The notes under the pieces: generated by a model
Seen by the model: the letters and a program-made list of their open reading frames with translations, nothing else
Databases searched by the model: none
What the model was told of the DNA's origin: nothing
Assembly (NCBI GenBank): GCA_046073845.1
Contig: JBJTNB010000136.1
Coordinates: 1 to 51,207 of the forward strand
DNA: 51,207 nt
DNA from: Micrococcales bacterium
Lineage (GTDB): Bacteria > Actinomycetota > Actinomycetes > Actinomycetales > Microbacteriaceae
Direction of reading: 5' to 3'
Made by a program: the position numbers and the translations under genes
Shown here: piece by piece, positions 1 through 9,093 of the stretch
Layout: every line of letters starts with the position of its first letter
Position numbering within the stretch: position 1 is the stretch's first letter

Positions 1-149
1 TGCTCGTGATCCTAGCGCCGTTTTTCTTCGAAGGATTTCGGCAGGGCTTTTCGCTCTATGGGTCGTGGCGCGAGGCGGTGGTGGCGCGCGGAGTCCCTCA
101 AGAGTCACACAATCAGAGCTTTCCGGCGCTGCTCTATCATCTTCTCAAT

Positions 150-759
150 GTGGGACGGCAACCAGCGCGCAACCGGTCGTGACCTCGTGACTTCTTACAC
201 GCAGTTTGTTGCGGGGTTCCCGTGGCACGTGCGTTTGCACAACATGAACCCGCTCGACACCCACGACATTCCGCGCTTCAAAACTTTCGCGATCGCTGGT
301 GCGCAGCGAGTTGCAGCCGGTATGCAGTTCACGTTCCCTGGCATTCCAGTGATCTGGGCAGGCGACGAGTTTGGTCTCGACGGTTTCAATGGCGAGCACT
401 CGCGCACACCGCTGCCGTGGAATAACGAACGCCCGCACGACGCATCGTTGATCGAGCACTACGCCGATCTGTCGAAGATTCGACGCGAGAACTCTGCGCT
501 GAACGATGGCTCGATGCGTTTTGTTTACGCAAGCGACGAGGCCGTTGTTTATGTTCGCGAGAACGCTAAGCAGAGCATCCTGGTTGCTGTCACTCGTGGC
601 GAAGACTCGAAAATTACTTTGCCGAAAGATTCAGTTGCCGGTCTCGCGAAGGCCGAGAACTTAATCGGTGGTGGCAAGCTCACGGTCGCAGCAGACAAGG
701 TGAAGCTGCCTGGTAAGGCGCTCACGCTGAACATTTGGCGTTTGCCTGCCAAGGGGTAA
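150..759 (+). CDS. C-terminal part of a GH13 alpha-glucosidase/neopullulanase-like enzyme (5' truncated)
   Basis: NPLDTHDIPRF (GH13 region IV), PGIPVIWAGDEFG and SRTPLPW motifs, followed by a C-terminal beta domain. Frame 1 has stops at 7-9 and 13-15, so regions I-III are absent. The start coordinate is approximate. Confidence 0.8.
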
Positions 760-795
760 ACCTAGTAATCTAGGCAAGTTGCCTTTTTGGCCAAC

Positions 796-867
<72 letters not shown>

Positions 868-890
868 CTGATCGATTTATCGGTTTACCC

Positions 891-964
891 GGCTGGGTAG
901 CTCAGGTGGTTAGAGCACACGACTCATAATCGTGGGGTCGCGGGTTCGAGTCCCGCCCCAGCTA
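891..964 (+). tRNA. tRNA-Met(CAT), elongator type
   Basis: Acceptor GGCTGGG/CCCAGCT, anticodon arm CACGA-CTCATAA-TCGTG, T arm GCGGG-TTCGAGT-CCCGC. It lacks the initiator GGG/CCC anticodon stem; Ile2 is not formally excluded. Confidence 0.92.
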
Positions 965-991
965 CACACCTTGAACAACCCACTCTGAAAC

Positions 992-1016
992 AAGGCCTTC
1001 GGGCCTTTTTCTTTTT
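992..1016 (+). terminator. Intrinsic terminator after the tRNA pair
   Basis: AAGGCC-TTCG-GGCCTT followed by TTTCTTTTT. Confidence 0.85.
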
Positions 1017-1046
1017 AAGTACCGTCGGTTCGCCTACGCTGGAACA

Positions 1047-1493
1047 GTGGTAAATCCAAACGTAGAGGGCAAGACCTATAGCGAGACCGCACCATATTTG
1101 GTCGGCCGCGAGAAAATCCGCGAATTCGCCCACGCGGTCAAATCGACCAGCCCGATCAATCTCGATGTCTTCGCCGCTCAGGCGGCCGGCTACGCAGATG
1201 TTGTGGCCCCACCGACTTTCGCCGTCGTGATTCAAGAGCGCAGCCTCGCCGAGGTTCTAGCCGACAAGGATGCCGATATCGACTTCTCTCGAGTTGTGCA
1301 CGGTGACCAGCGATTCATTCACGCTCGCCCTATCGTGGCCGGCGATGAACTGACCAGCACTCTTACTGTTGCGAGCGTGAAGGCACTCGGTGCACACGCG
1401 ATGGTCACTTTCGAAACCAAGATTCACGACGCGGCAAAGCAATTGATTTGCACCGCGATTTCAACTCTTGTTGTTCGAGGAGGCGACGAATGA
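1047..1493 (+). CDS. MaoC-like hotdog dehydratase, HadA-like subunit
   Basis: VGREKIREFA, APPTF and VVHGDQRF motifs; conserved actinobacterial position after tRNA-Met. Confidence 0.9.
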   Translation: MVNPNVEGKTYSETAPYLVGREKIREFAHAVKSTSPINLDVFAAQAAGYADVVAPPTFAVVIQERSLAEVLADKDADIDFSRVVHGDQRFIHARPIVAGDELTSTLTVASVKALGAHAMVTFETKIHDAAKQLICTAISTLVVRGGDE

Positions 1494-1912
1494 CCCACAT
1501 CAATTTGGCTTCGCTCGAAGTTGGCCAGTCAATTGGTTCGGTTGAGTTCTTGCTCACTCGCGATTTGCTTGTGCGTTACGCAGGAGCATCGGGCGACTTC
1601 AACCCAATTCACTATCGCGACGACGTTGCGAAATCAGTTGGCCTAGATGGTGTGCTCGCGCACGGAATGTTGACTATGGGTTCGGCTGTGCAACTCGTTG
1701 CCAACTGGGTCGGAGATCCAGGTCGCATCGTTGATTATGGCGTGCGTTTTACTAAGCCGGTTTTCGTCGACGCTATAGATGGTGCGGTGCTTACCGTGAG
1801 TGGAAAGATTGGCGAGATCGATGCCGAGAACGGCATTGTTCGCGTTGACCTAACTGCTAGCGCGGCAGACGTTGCTGTGCTCGGCAAGGCGCAGGCTCGC
1901 GTTCGTCTCTAG
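1490..1912 (+). CDS. MaoC family dehydratase, HadB-like catalytic subunit
   Basis: Hydratase motif YAGASGDFNPIH...AHGM; ATG 1490 overlaps the upstream stop (ATGA) after GAGGAGG. Confidence 0.92.
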   Translation: MTHINLASLEVGQSIGSVEFLLTRDLLVRYAGASGDFNPIHYRDDVAKSVGLDGVLAHGMLTMGSAVQLVANWVGDPGRIVDYGVRFTKPVFVDAIDGAVLTVSGKIGEIDAENGIVRVDLTASAADVAVLGKAQARVRL

Positions 1913-1915
1913 CTC

Positions 1916-2884
1916 ATGACTAAGCCGCTGAGTGAACTCACCACCATTCGTGTTGGTGGCGTTCCCGCATCGCTGGTTAAGGCATTCAATCGCGACGCCT
2001 TAATCGAAGAGACCCAGCGCGTATGGGCAACCGGCGAAGACTGGTTCGTTCTCGGTGGTGGCAGCAACGTTGTTGTAGCCGATGAAATCAGTGAACTAAA
2101 TGTCATCAAGGTGGCCAATCGGGGCATCGAAAAAGTTGGCCATGGCGCTATTCGCGTGCAGGCAGGCGAAAACTGGGATGACGTCGTGCGCTACACAGTC
2201 GAGCATCAACTGGGCGGCATCGAGTCGCTGTCTGGCATTCCGGGCACCATGGGCGATGCACCTGTGCAGAACATCGGTGCGTATGGTTCTGAACTTGCCG
2301 ACGTGTTCGTGCGCTGCGAATTTCTTGATTACCTGACCGGCGAAATCGAAATCATCGAGAAGGCCGACGCCGGTTTCGCTTACCGAGACAGCATGTTCAA
2401 GCGCGGCAAGCTCGGCGTGATCACTTGGGTTGAGCTGCAGTTGCTCGCAGATTTGCCAGCGGGTAGTGGCGAGTTGCTGAAGCGCCGCCGTGAAGAAGTT
2501 CTCGAACTTCGTGCATCCAAGGGAATGGTTTTGAGTGATAGCGATCTCGACACGCACTCTTGCGGTTCGTTCTTCACTAACCCGATTGTGTCATCGAGTT
2601 TCACGCGAGACCTACCCGATGACGCACCGGCTTGGCCCGTCGATGAAGATGGCAAGCTCATCAAACTTTCGGCTGCGTGGTTGATCGAGAAGAGCGGAAT
2701 CACAAAGGGTTTGCAACTCGGTCAGTCGAACGCTGGGGTGTCAACGAAGCACGCGCTCGCCATTACGAATCGCGGCGGAGCAACCGCTAAAGAAGTTGGC
2801 GAACTTGCGCGATTCATTCAAGAGCGCGTGAGTAACACCTTCGGAATCACGCTCGCACCTGAACCGAACTTCATCGGTTTCTAA
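1916..2884 (+). CDS. murB: UDP-N-acetylmuramate dehydrogenase
   Basis: LGGGSN, GIPG...PVQNIGAYG, YRDS.FK, SCGSFFTNP, KHALAITN and EP motifs. Confidence 0.96.
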   Translation: MTKPLSELTTIRVGGVPASLVKAFNRDALIEETQRVWATGEDWFVLGGGSNVVVADEISELNVIKVANRGIEKVGHGAIRVQAGENWDDVVRYTVEHQLGGIESLSGIPGTMGDAPVQNIGAYGSELADVFVRCEFLDYLTGEIEIIEKADAGFAYRDSMFKRGKLGVITWVELQLLADLPAGSGELLKRRREEVLELRASKGMVLSDSDLDTHSCGSFFTNPIVSSSFTRDLPDDAPAWPVDEDGKLIKLSAAWLIEKSGITKGLQLGQSNAGVSTKHALAITNRGGATAKEVGELARFIQERVSNTFGITLAPEPNFIGF

Positions 2885-2911
2885 ATATCTGCGGTGAAGC
2901 GATTTCGCTAA

Positions 2912-4111
2912 CTACGCGAAAAGTTTTTGCAAACGCTGAATGCCCTCGAGCAACTGAGCGTCGCCGAGTGCATACGAAAGTCGCACATAACCCGATGGAC
3001 CGAACGCCTCACCCGGAACAAGCGCCACCTCGGCGGCATCCAAGATGTAATCGCACAATTCGAGTGAGGTGTTGATCATTTGCCCGCCCCATTCGCGACC
3101 GAGCAATTCGCTGACGTCTGAGTAAACGTAGAATGCGCCCTGCGGAGTCGGAGCCAACCAGCCATCGATCTTGTTCAACTCGGCCACTGCTAGCTTGCGG
3201 CGGCGGTCGAATGCCTCGCGCATTGCCAGCACTTCGTCTTGCGGGCCGGTCAAGGCAGCGATTGCCGCGCGCTGCGAGATGTTCGAGACGTTAGAAGAGA
3301 GGTGCGACTGCAGGTTGCCGGCGGCCTTCATGGCATCGAGCGGGCCGGCCATCCAGCCGAGGCGCCAGCCGGTCATGGCGTAGCTCTTGGCAACGCCGTT
3401 GACCAAAATCGTGCGGTCGATCAGCTCTGGCACGGCCTCGGTGATCGAGGTGGCCTTGATTCCGTCGTAAACCAGGTTCTGGTAAATCTCATCGGTGATC
3501 ACCCAAAGGCCGTTTTCATACGCCCAGCGGCCGATTGCCTCGGTCTGCTCGCGGGTATAGACCGAGCCGGTTGGGTTTGAAGGGCTGACAAACAGCAAAA
3601 CCTTGGTGCGCGGGCCACGGGCGGCCTCGAGCTGGTCGACGGTGACCTGGTAGTTCTGCTCGGCACCGGCAAAAACCTCAACCGGGATGCCGCCTGCGAG
3701 ACGAATAGCTTCTGGGTAGGTTGTCCAGAAAGGGGTTGGCATGAGAACTTCGTCGCCTGGGTCGACGATCGTGGCGAAGGCTTGGTAAACCGCCTGCTTG
3801 CCACCGTTGGTTACGACCACCTGGGCGGCTGAGATTTCGGTGCCTGAGTCGACCTTGGTCTTGTGGGCAATGGCCTCGCGCAGGTCTGGCAGGCCGATTG
3901 CAGGGGTGTAACGGTGGTTTTTCGGGTCTTGGACCGCCTTGACCGCGGCTTCAACGATGTGTGCAGGGGTGGCGAAGTCTGGCTCGCCCGCCGCGTATGA
4001 AATCACTGGGCGACCGGCCGCCTGAAGGGCTTTTGCCTTGGCATCTACCTTGAGGGTCGCCGATTCGGCAATGGCTGCGATTCGCTTTGAGATTCGAGGG
4101 AAGTCGGTCAT
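2912..4111 (-). CDS. aspC: PLP-dependent class I/II aminotransferase (aspartate aminotransferase)
   Basis: GEPDF, SPSNPTG, DEIY and [12 protein letters not shown] motifs; conserved position divergent from tRNA-Trp/secE. Confidence 0.9.
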   Translation of the reverse strand: MTDFPRISKRIAAIAESATLKVDAKAKALQAAGRPVISYAAGEPDFATPAHIVEAAVKAVQDPKNHRYTPAIGLPDLREAIAHKTKVDSGTEISAAQVVVTNGGKQAVYQAFATIVDPGDEVLMPTPFWTTYPEAIRLAGGIPVEVFAGAEQNYQVTVDQLEAARGPRTKVLLFVSPSNPTGSVYTREQTEAIGRWAYENGLWVITDEIYQNLVYDGIKATSITEAVPELIDRTILVNGVAKSYAMTGWRLGWMAGPLDAMKAAGNLQSHLSSNVSNISQRAAIAALTGPQDEVLAMREAFDRRRKLAVAELNKIDGWLAPTPQGAFYVYSDVSELLGREWGGQMINTSLELCDYILDAAEVALVPGEAFGPSGYVRLSYALGDAQLLEGIQRLQKLFA

Positions 4112-4310
4112 GGGCTTAAGCCTACCGACCTGAATCTCGCTCTGGAAAAGGGCGGGCTGGGCATCCGAGGTTGCCTTATGGGGCTGGGCAACCTAAACTT
4201 TACGAAGTGAGTTTGACAACTCCGACAGCCTAATTTGGCAAAATCCCACCTTAGATCTCAATCTAGAAGTGTGTCTTTTTGCCCTGGCTTACGGGTCGTT
4301 TCACCCACGA

Positions 4311-4383
4311 AGGGTAGTAGTTCAATTGGTAGAGCAGCGGTCTCCAAAACCGCAAGTTGCAGGTTCGAGTCCTGTCTGCCCTG
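4311..4383 (+). tRNA. tRNA-Trp(CCA)
   Basis: Acceptor AGGGTAG/CTGCCCT, anticodon arm GCGGT-CTCCAAA-ACCGC, T arm GCAGG-TTCGAGT-CCTGT; lies directly upstream of secE. Confidence 0.96.
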
Positions 4384-4419
4384 CGAGTAGTTTCGCTCAA
4401 CAACGTACGAAGGATGCAC

Positions 4420-4689
4420 ATGGCTGACGAATTCGAAACGGTATCGGAAGATGTCGTCGAACAGGCTAAAGCCGACAAGGCTGCAAAGCGCGGCCCGATC
4501 GCTCGCGTCACCTTGTTCTTCAAGCAGGTAGTGCTTGAACTCAAGAAGGTGACTCGCCCGACTTGGGAAGAGCTTCGCAACTACACCGGTGTTGTACTCG
4601 CGTTTGTTGTTGTCGTGATGGCGCTTATCGGATTCCTGGACTGGTTGTTCTACACCGGTGTTCAGTGGGTCTTCACTCCATCAAAGTAA
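4420..4689 (+). CDS. secE: Preprotein translocase subunit SecE
   Basis: ELKKVTRPT motif followed by one TM helix; GAAGGA upstream of ATG 4420. Confidence 0.95.
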   Translation: MADEFETVSEDVVEQAKADKAAKRGPIARVTLFFKQVVLELKKVTRPTWEELRNYTGVVLAFVVVVMALIGFLDWLFYTGVQWVFTPSK

Positions 4690-4730
4690 ATTTTCGCACC
4701 AAAGTTTTAACCAATCGATAGGAAATAGCA

Positions 4731-5588
4731 ATGAGTGACATCGAACGCGACGCGTTAGACGAACTGCTTGCCGCAGATCACGAGGCAGCTGCCGAAACGC
4801 AGCACGAGTTCCTCGACGCTGTCGAAGAAGAGCGCGAAGAAGAAGGCGCAGTTGAACTTGCCGCCGAAGAAGCAGCGCTTTCAATCGTTGACGACGCAGA
4901 AGTTGCCGCTCAGTCTGCAGCAGCTGAAGAAGTTGACGAAGACGTCTACGCACAGTTCAAGGCAGAGTTCCGTGCTCTTCCTGGCAAGTGGTACGTAGTG
5001 CACTCATACGCAGGTTACGAGAAGCGCGTTAAGCAGAACATCGAAAACCGTGCACAGATGCTTGAGGGCGGCGACGACGTTCTCGAAATCATCGTTCCAA
5101 TCGAAGAGGCCATCGAGGTCAAGAACGGTGAGCGCAAGATGACTCGCAAGGTCATGATCCCTGGTTACGTCTGGGTTCGCATGGAGCTCAACGAGCACTC
5201 TGGCGACCTAGTGCGCCACACCCCTGCTGTCACCGGCTTCGTAGGCGACTCGCAGAACCCAACCCCGCTTCGCCCAGGCGAAGCATGGGAGATGCTCAAG
5301 AAGGCTAAGTACGAAAACGACGAGCGCATGCCTAAGCAGGAAATCGTCAAGACCGCGTCTGGTCGCCCAACCGGCGTCATCAAGGGTGGCAAGGGCAAGT
5401 CGCTTCCGATCAACGTTGACTACAAGGTTGGCGAGAGCATCATGATCAAGGATGGTTCGTTCGCAGGTCTTCCTGGAACCATTTCAGAAATCAAGCCAGA
5501 GAGCGGCAAGCTAACCGTTCTCGTTTCACTGTTCGAGCGCGAGACTCCGGTCGAGCTTGGCTTCGAGCAGGTTGGCTCGCTGGCTTAG
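4731..5588 (+). CDS. nusG: Transcription termination/antitermination factor NusG with acidic N-terminal extension
   Basis: [21 protein letters not shown] and KOW-domain [10 protein letters not shown] motifs. Confidence 0.97.
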   Translation: MSDIERDALDELLAADHEAAAETQHEFLDAVEEEREEEGAVELAAEEAALSIVDDAEVAAQSAAAEEVDEDVYAQFKAEFRALPGKWYVVHSYAGYEKRVKQNIENRAQMLEGGDDVLEIIVPIEEAIEVKNGERKMTRKVMIPGYVWVRMELNEHSGDLVRHTPAVTGFVGDSQNPTPLRPGEAWEMLKKAKYENDERMPKQEIVKTASGRPTGVIKGGKGKSLPINVDYKVGESIMIKDGSFAGLPGTISEIKPESGKLTVLVSLFERETPVELGFEQVGSLA

Positions 5589-5635
5589 TCAGCAATTAGC
5601 AAAGAGTTCCACAACAACAAAAAGGAATAAACAAA

Positions 5636-6067
5636 ATGGCACCGAAGAAAAAGATCACCGGCATGATCAAGCTTCAGATCCAGGCAGGCGCTGCTAACCC
5701 AGCTCCACCTATCGGACCTGCGCTCGGTCAGCACGGTGTAAACATCATGGAGTTCTGCACCGCGTACAACAACGCAACCGCAGACCAGAAGGGCAACGTA
5801 GTTCCGGTTGAGATCACCGTCTACGAAGACCGTTCGTTCACCTTCGTACTAAAGACCCCACCTGCTGCAGAGCTAATCAAGAATGCTGCTGGAGTACCAA
5901 AGGGTTCGGCAACTCCTCACACCGTGAAGGTTGCACACTTGTCGAAGGACGCGCTCTACAAGATTGCAGAGCAGAAGATGAGCGACCTCAATGCAAACGA
6001 CGTGGATGCAGCAGCAAAGATCATTGCTGGCACCGCTCGCAGCATGGGAATCACCGTCGACGCGTAA
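5636..6067 (+). CDS. rplK: 50S ribosomal protein L11
   Basis: [22 protein letters not shown] and IAGTARSMG. Confidence 0.99.
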   Translation: MAPKKKITGMIKLQIQAGAANPAPPIGPALGQHGVNIMEFCTAYNNATADQKGNVVPVEITVYEDRSFTFVLKTPPAAELIKNAAGVPKGSATPHTVKVAHLSKDALYKIAEQKMSDLNANDVDAAAKIIAGTARSMGITVDA

Positions 6068-6089
6068 GCGAAGACAAAAACAAAAGAAA

Positions 6090-6128
6090 GTCGTGGGAGC
6101 ATCGCGCGCGATGTGTTGAACCACAACT
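6090..6128 (+). promoter_or_regulatory. Putative L1-binding autoregulatory RNA site upstream of rplA
   Basis: GTGG-GAG-CATCGC-GC-GCGATG-TGTTGAA-CCAC: two helices around an asymmetric GGAG-containing loop, the geometry of L1 operator sites. Confidence 0.7.
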
Positions 6129-6154
6129 GTGACCAATAAGAAAAGGAATAACAG

Positions 6155-6856
6155 ATGCCAAAGCGCTCAAAGGCCTACCAGGCCGCAGCTGCCCTCGTAA
6201 AAGAAGGCAAGCTTTACACCCCAGCTGAAGCCGTAACTCTCGTTCGCGAGACCGGCTCAAAGAAGTTTGACTCAACCATTGAGGTTGCCTTCAAGCTTGG
6301 CGTTGACCCTCGTAAGGCCGACCAGATGATCCGCGGAACCGTTTCGCTTCCTGCAGGTACTGGTAAGACCGCTCGCGTGATTGTGTTTGCAACAGGTGCC
6401 GCTGCAGACGCTGCTCGCGCAGCCGGAGCCGACGAGGTTGGCGGCGACGAGCTTATCGAGAAGGTAGCCGCTGGCTGGACTCAGTTCGACTCAGCCGTTT
6501 CGACCCCAGAACTCATGGGTAAGGTCGGTCGTCTAGGTAAGGTGCTTGGTCCTCGTAACCTCATGCCAAACCCTAAGACCGGAACCGTAACCCCTGACGT
6601 TGCGAAGGCCGTTACCGACATCAAGGGCGGAAAGATTGAGTTCCGCGTTGACAAGCAGTCGAACCTCCACTTCATCATCGGTAAGGCTTCGTTCACCAAG
6701 GAGCAGCTAGGTCAGAACCTAGAGGCCGCTCTAGACGAAATCTTGCGTTTGAAGCCTTCGAGCTCAAAGGGCCGTTACTTGATCAAGGGTGCCGTGTCGA
6801 CCACTTTCGGTCCTGGCATTCCGCTAGACACCAACGTGACCAAGGTTGAGTTCTAA
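6155..6856 (+). CDS. rplA: 50S ribosomal protein L1
   Basis: [29 protein letters not shown] and STTFGPG. Confidence 0.99.
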   Translation: MPKRSKAYQAAAALVKEGKLYTPAEAVTLVRETGSKKFDSTIEVAFKLGVDPRKADQMIRGTVSLPAGTGKTARVIVFATGAAADAARAAGADEVGGDELIEKVAAGWTQFDSAVSTPELMGKVGRLGKVLGPRNLMPNPKTGTVTPDVAKAVTDIKGGKIEFRVDKQSNLHFIIGKASFTKEQLGQNLEAALDEILRLKPSSSKGRYLIKGAVSTTFGPGIPLDTNVTKVEF

Positions 6857-6872
6857 AGAATTAACAAGGATG

Positions 6873-6904
6873 AGGGACCAGAGAAATCTGGTCCCTTTTC
6901 TTTT
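6873..6904 (+). terminator. Intrinsic terminator of rplKA
   Basis: AGGGACCAGA-GAAA-TCTGGTCCCT (10-bp stem) followed by a T tract. Confidence 0.92.
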
Positions 6905-6987
6905 ACCAACGCAATTTTCTTTTTCTAGCCCCTACGCCTATTAGTTATTAGGCTTTTTCTGTTCGCGAGGTTCGAAAGGTCGGGATA

Positions 6988-8442
6988 TTGTCACAGCATG
7001 CATTTGGCGCAGCAACCCTTCTAGACACTAAAGATCCAATGGGTTTGCGCACAAGCGCACCACTGCTTGATGCATGGATTCGCGACATGGAGACCGACCG
7101 CTCTCCGTTTCAAATCCCTGGCCACAAAGGTCGCAACGACCTGACCGGCACCGTCGTCGATGGCGACATCCCGGTTCTTCCTGGCAATCATCCGCACCGC
7201 ATCTCTCCGAGCCTTATTGTCGAGGCCGAGGCCCTTGCCGCAAAACTTTGGGGTGCAGACCTGTGCCGATTTGGCGTGAACGGTTCATCTGGTTCGAACC
7301 ACGCAGCCGTGATGGCCGTTGCCAGCCCAGGCGACAAGGTGATTGTTTCGCGCACACTGCATAAGTCGGTGCTGGTCGGCATGGTTTATGCCGGTGTGGT
7401 TCCGATTTGGATTCGCCCAGAGATCAACCCGGCAACCGGTTTGCCCGAGTACTTGCCTTCGAGCCGCTTGGCCGAGACTTTGGCCGCGCACCCGGATGCC
7501 AAGGCTGTGCTGATTGGCGAGCCTTCTTATGTGGGCACCATGTCGAACATTCCGCGTTTGGCCAAGGTGACTCACGAGTACGGAATCCCGCTTGTAGTCG
7601 ACGCCGCTTGGGCTGCGCATTACGGCTTTCACCCAGAGCTTCCGAATCATCCGTTGAGCGAAGGCGCCGACATAGTTGTAACCAGCGCACACAAAACTTT
7701 GCCTAGCTATTCGCAGGCGAGCTTTGTCTTGGTGAACTCGCAGTATGTCGACCTTGCTCGCTTTAACAAGATGTTTGACTCGACACAGACCACTTCGATG
7801 AGCGGGCGCATCCTTGCTTCGATTGATGCCGCGCGAGCGCTGCTCGAAAAGCACGGCCACGATTTGATTGACCCTGTGATCGATGCAACCGAAAAGGGTC
7901 GCGCTACTTTGCGTGCCGCCGGCATCGACGTTATCGATGGCGAATACATCGACCCACTCAAGCTCGTGATTTTGCTTTCGAGTTGCGGTGCTGATGGCAA
8001 TAAGGTTGAGGCCGATTTGCTCGCTGCCAATATCGACGTAGAAATGGCGAACCGCGACATCGTGATACCGATGATCACATTTGCCGACACCCCAGAGCGC
8101 ATCGATGATTTGGTTGATCGAATCATCAAGTCGATCGACGCGAACCGCGGGCCTGCACGACCTATCGAAATTCTTCCGGCGTTCTCGGTAGAACCCGAAG
8201 TCGTGGTGACTCCGCGCGAGGCATTCTTTAGCGATTACGAGGTCGTCGATGCCAGCAACGCTGTTGGTCGCGTTTCTGCTGAAATGATTTGCCCATACCC
8301 ACCGGGTGTGCCGGTGCTATCGCCTGGCGAGCGCATTACCGGGGCAGCACTTTCTGCATTGTTCCAGGCTCGAGACATGGGTGTGATGATCAAGTTCGTT
8401 GCCGACCCAACGCTGAAAACTCTGAAGGTATTGCCGAACTAG
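6988..8442 (+). CDS. Orn/Lys/Arg decarboxylase family PLP enzyme (wing-less type)
   Basis: PGHKG, VNGSS, HKS, VDAAW.AH, PLP-lysine motif SAHKTLP, C-terminal PYPPGVP...PGE. TTG start is uncertain and the substrate is not assignable. Confidence 0.88.
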   Translation: MSQHAFGAATLLDTKDPMGLRTSAPLLDAWIRDMETDRSPFQIPGHKGRNDLTGTVVDGDIPVLPGNHPHRISPSLIVEAEALAAKLWGADLCRFGVNGSSGSNHAAVMAVASPGDKVIVSRTLHKSVLVGMVYAGVVPIWIRPEINPATGLPEYLPSSRLAETLAAHPDAKAVLIGEPSYVGTMSNIPRLAKVTHEYGIPLVVDAAWAAHYGFHPELPNHPLSEGADIVVTSAHKTLPSYSQASFVLVNSQYVDLARFNKMFDSTQTTSMSGRILASIDAARALLEKHGHDLIDPVIDATEKGRATLRAAGIDVIDGEYIDPLKLVILLSSCGADGNKVEADLLAANIDVEMANRDIVIPMITFADTPERIDDLVDRIIKSIDANRGPARPIEILPAFSVEPEVVVTPREAFFSDYEVVDASNAVGRVSAEMICPYPPGVPVLSPGERITGAALSALFQARDMGVMIKFVADPTLKTLKVLPN

Positions 8443-8451
8443 GCTGAAGAT

Positions 8452-9093
8452 ATGTTCTCTAGGCAAATCATCTTGGTCGAAAACGAGGCCCTGCTTCGCG
8501 ACTTGATCGCAAAGAGCCTCGATGCCGCCGGCTTCAGCGTGCTGACTGCGGCCAACGCGGCCGATGCCAAGCGGGCCTTTGCCGCCAATGACCCAGACGG
8601 CATGGTGGTAGACATCGAGCTCGGCCCTGGCCCAGATGGCATGGACCTATCAGCCGCCATCGTGGCCGAAAGCCCAGAAACCGCGATTGTATTTTTGACC
8701 AACTTGCCCGACCCGAGAATCATCGGCAAGGATTCAGCCGGTATTCCAAAGCACGCCGCCTACCTTCGTAAATCAGCGTTGGTCGATTCAAACGACCTGG
8801 TAGATGCCTTGAATGCCGTTCTCACCGGCAGTGACTTGAAAGATTTTCGCCACGACCTTATGACAGATCGTCCGTTTGCAGATTTGTCGCGCAAACAGAT
8901 CGAGGTGCTTCGCCAGGTGGCCAACGGCTTGAGCAACCAGCAGATTGCCGAAGCTCGTCGCACGAGCATCCGTGCGGTTGAGGGCATTGTCAGTCGCACC
9001 TTCGATGCCCTCGGTATCGATGTGCAGGCAGAGGGCAACGCGCGTGTTGAAGCGGCGAAGTTGTTTTTCGTGACCACTCGCCCTGGCGAATAA
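8452..9093 (+). CDS. NarL/LuxR-family response regulator
   Basis: Receiver domain (ILVENE, phospho-acceptor VVDIEL, FLT, YLRK) plus HTH LS.KQ.EVL..VANGLSNQQIA. Confidence 0.92.
   Translation: MFSRQIILVENEALLRDLIAKSLDAAGFSVLTAANAADAKRAFAANDPDGMVVDIELGPGPDGMDLSAAIVAESPETAIVFLTNLPDPRIIGKDSAGIPKHAAYLRKSALVDSNDLVDALNAVLTGSDLKDFRHDLMTDRPFADLSRKQIEVLRQVANGLSNQQIAEARRTSIRAVEGIVSRTFDALGIDVQAEGNARVEAAKLFFVTTRPGE

Noticed and set aside
965-1046. No rpmG between tRNA-Met and the hadA-like gene
   Set aside because: rpmG position varies among Actinobacteria; absence here says nothing without the whole genome.
2240-2270. MurB GTMGDAP with Asp where small residues are usual
   Set aside because: A single substitution that may be a variant or sequencing error; the other motifs are intact.
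4731-4960. Long acidic N-terminal extension on NusG
   Set aside because: Such extensions are a known ordinary feature of actinobacterial NusG.
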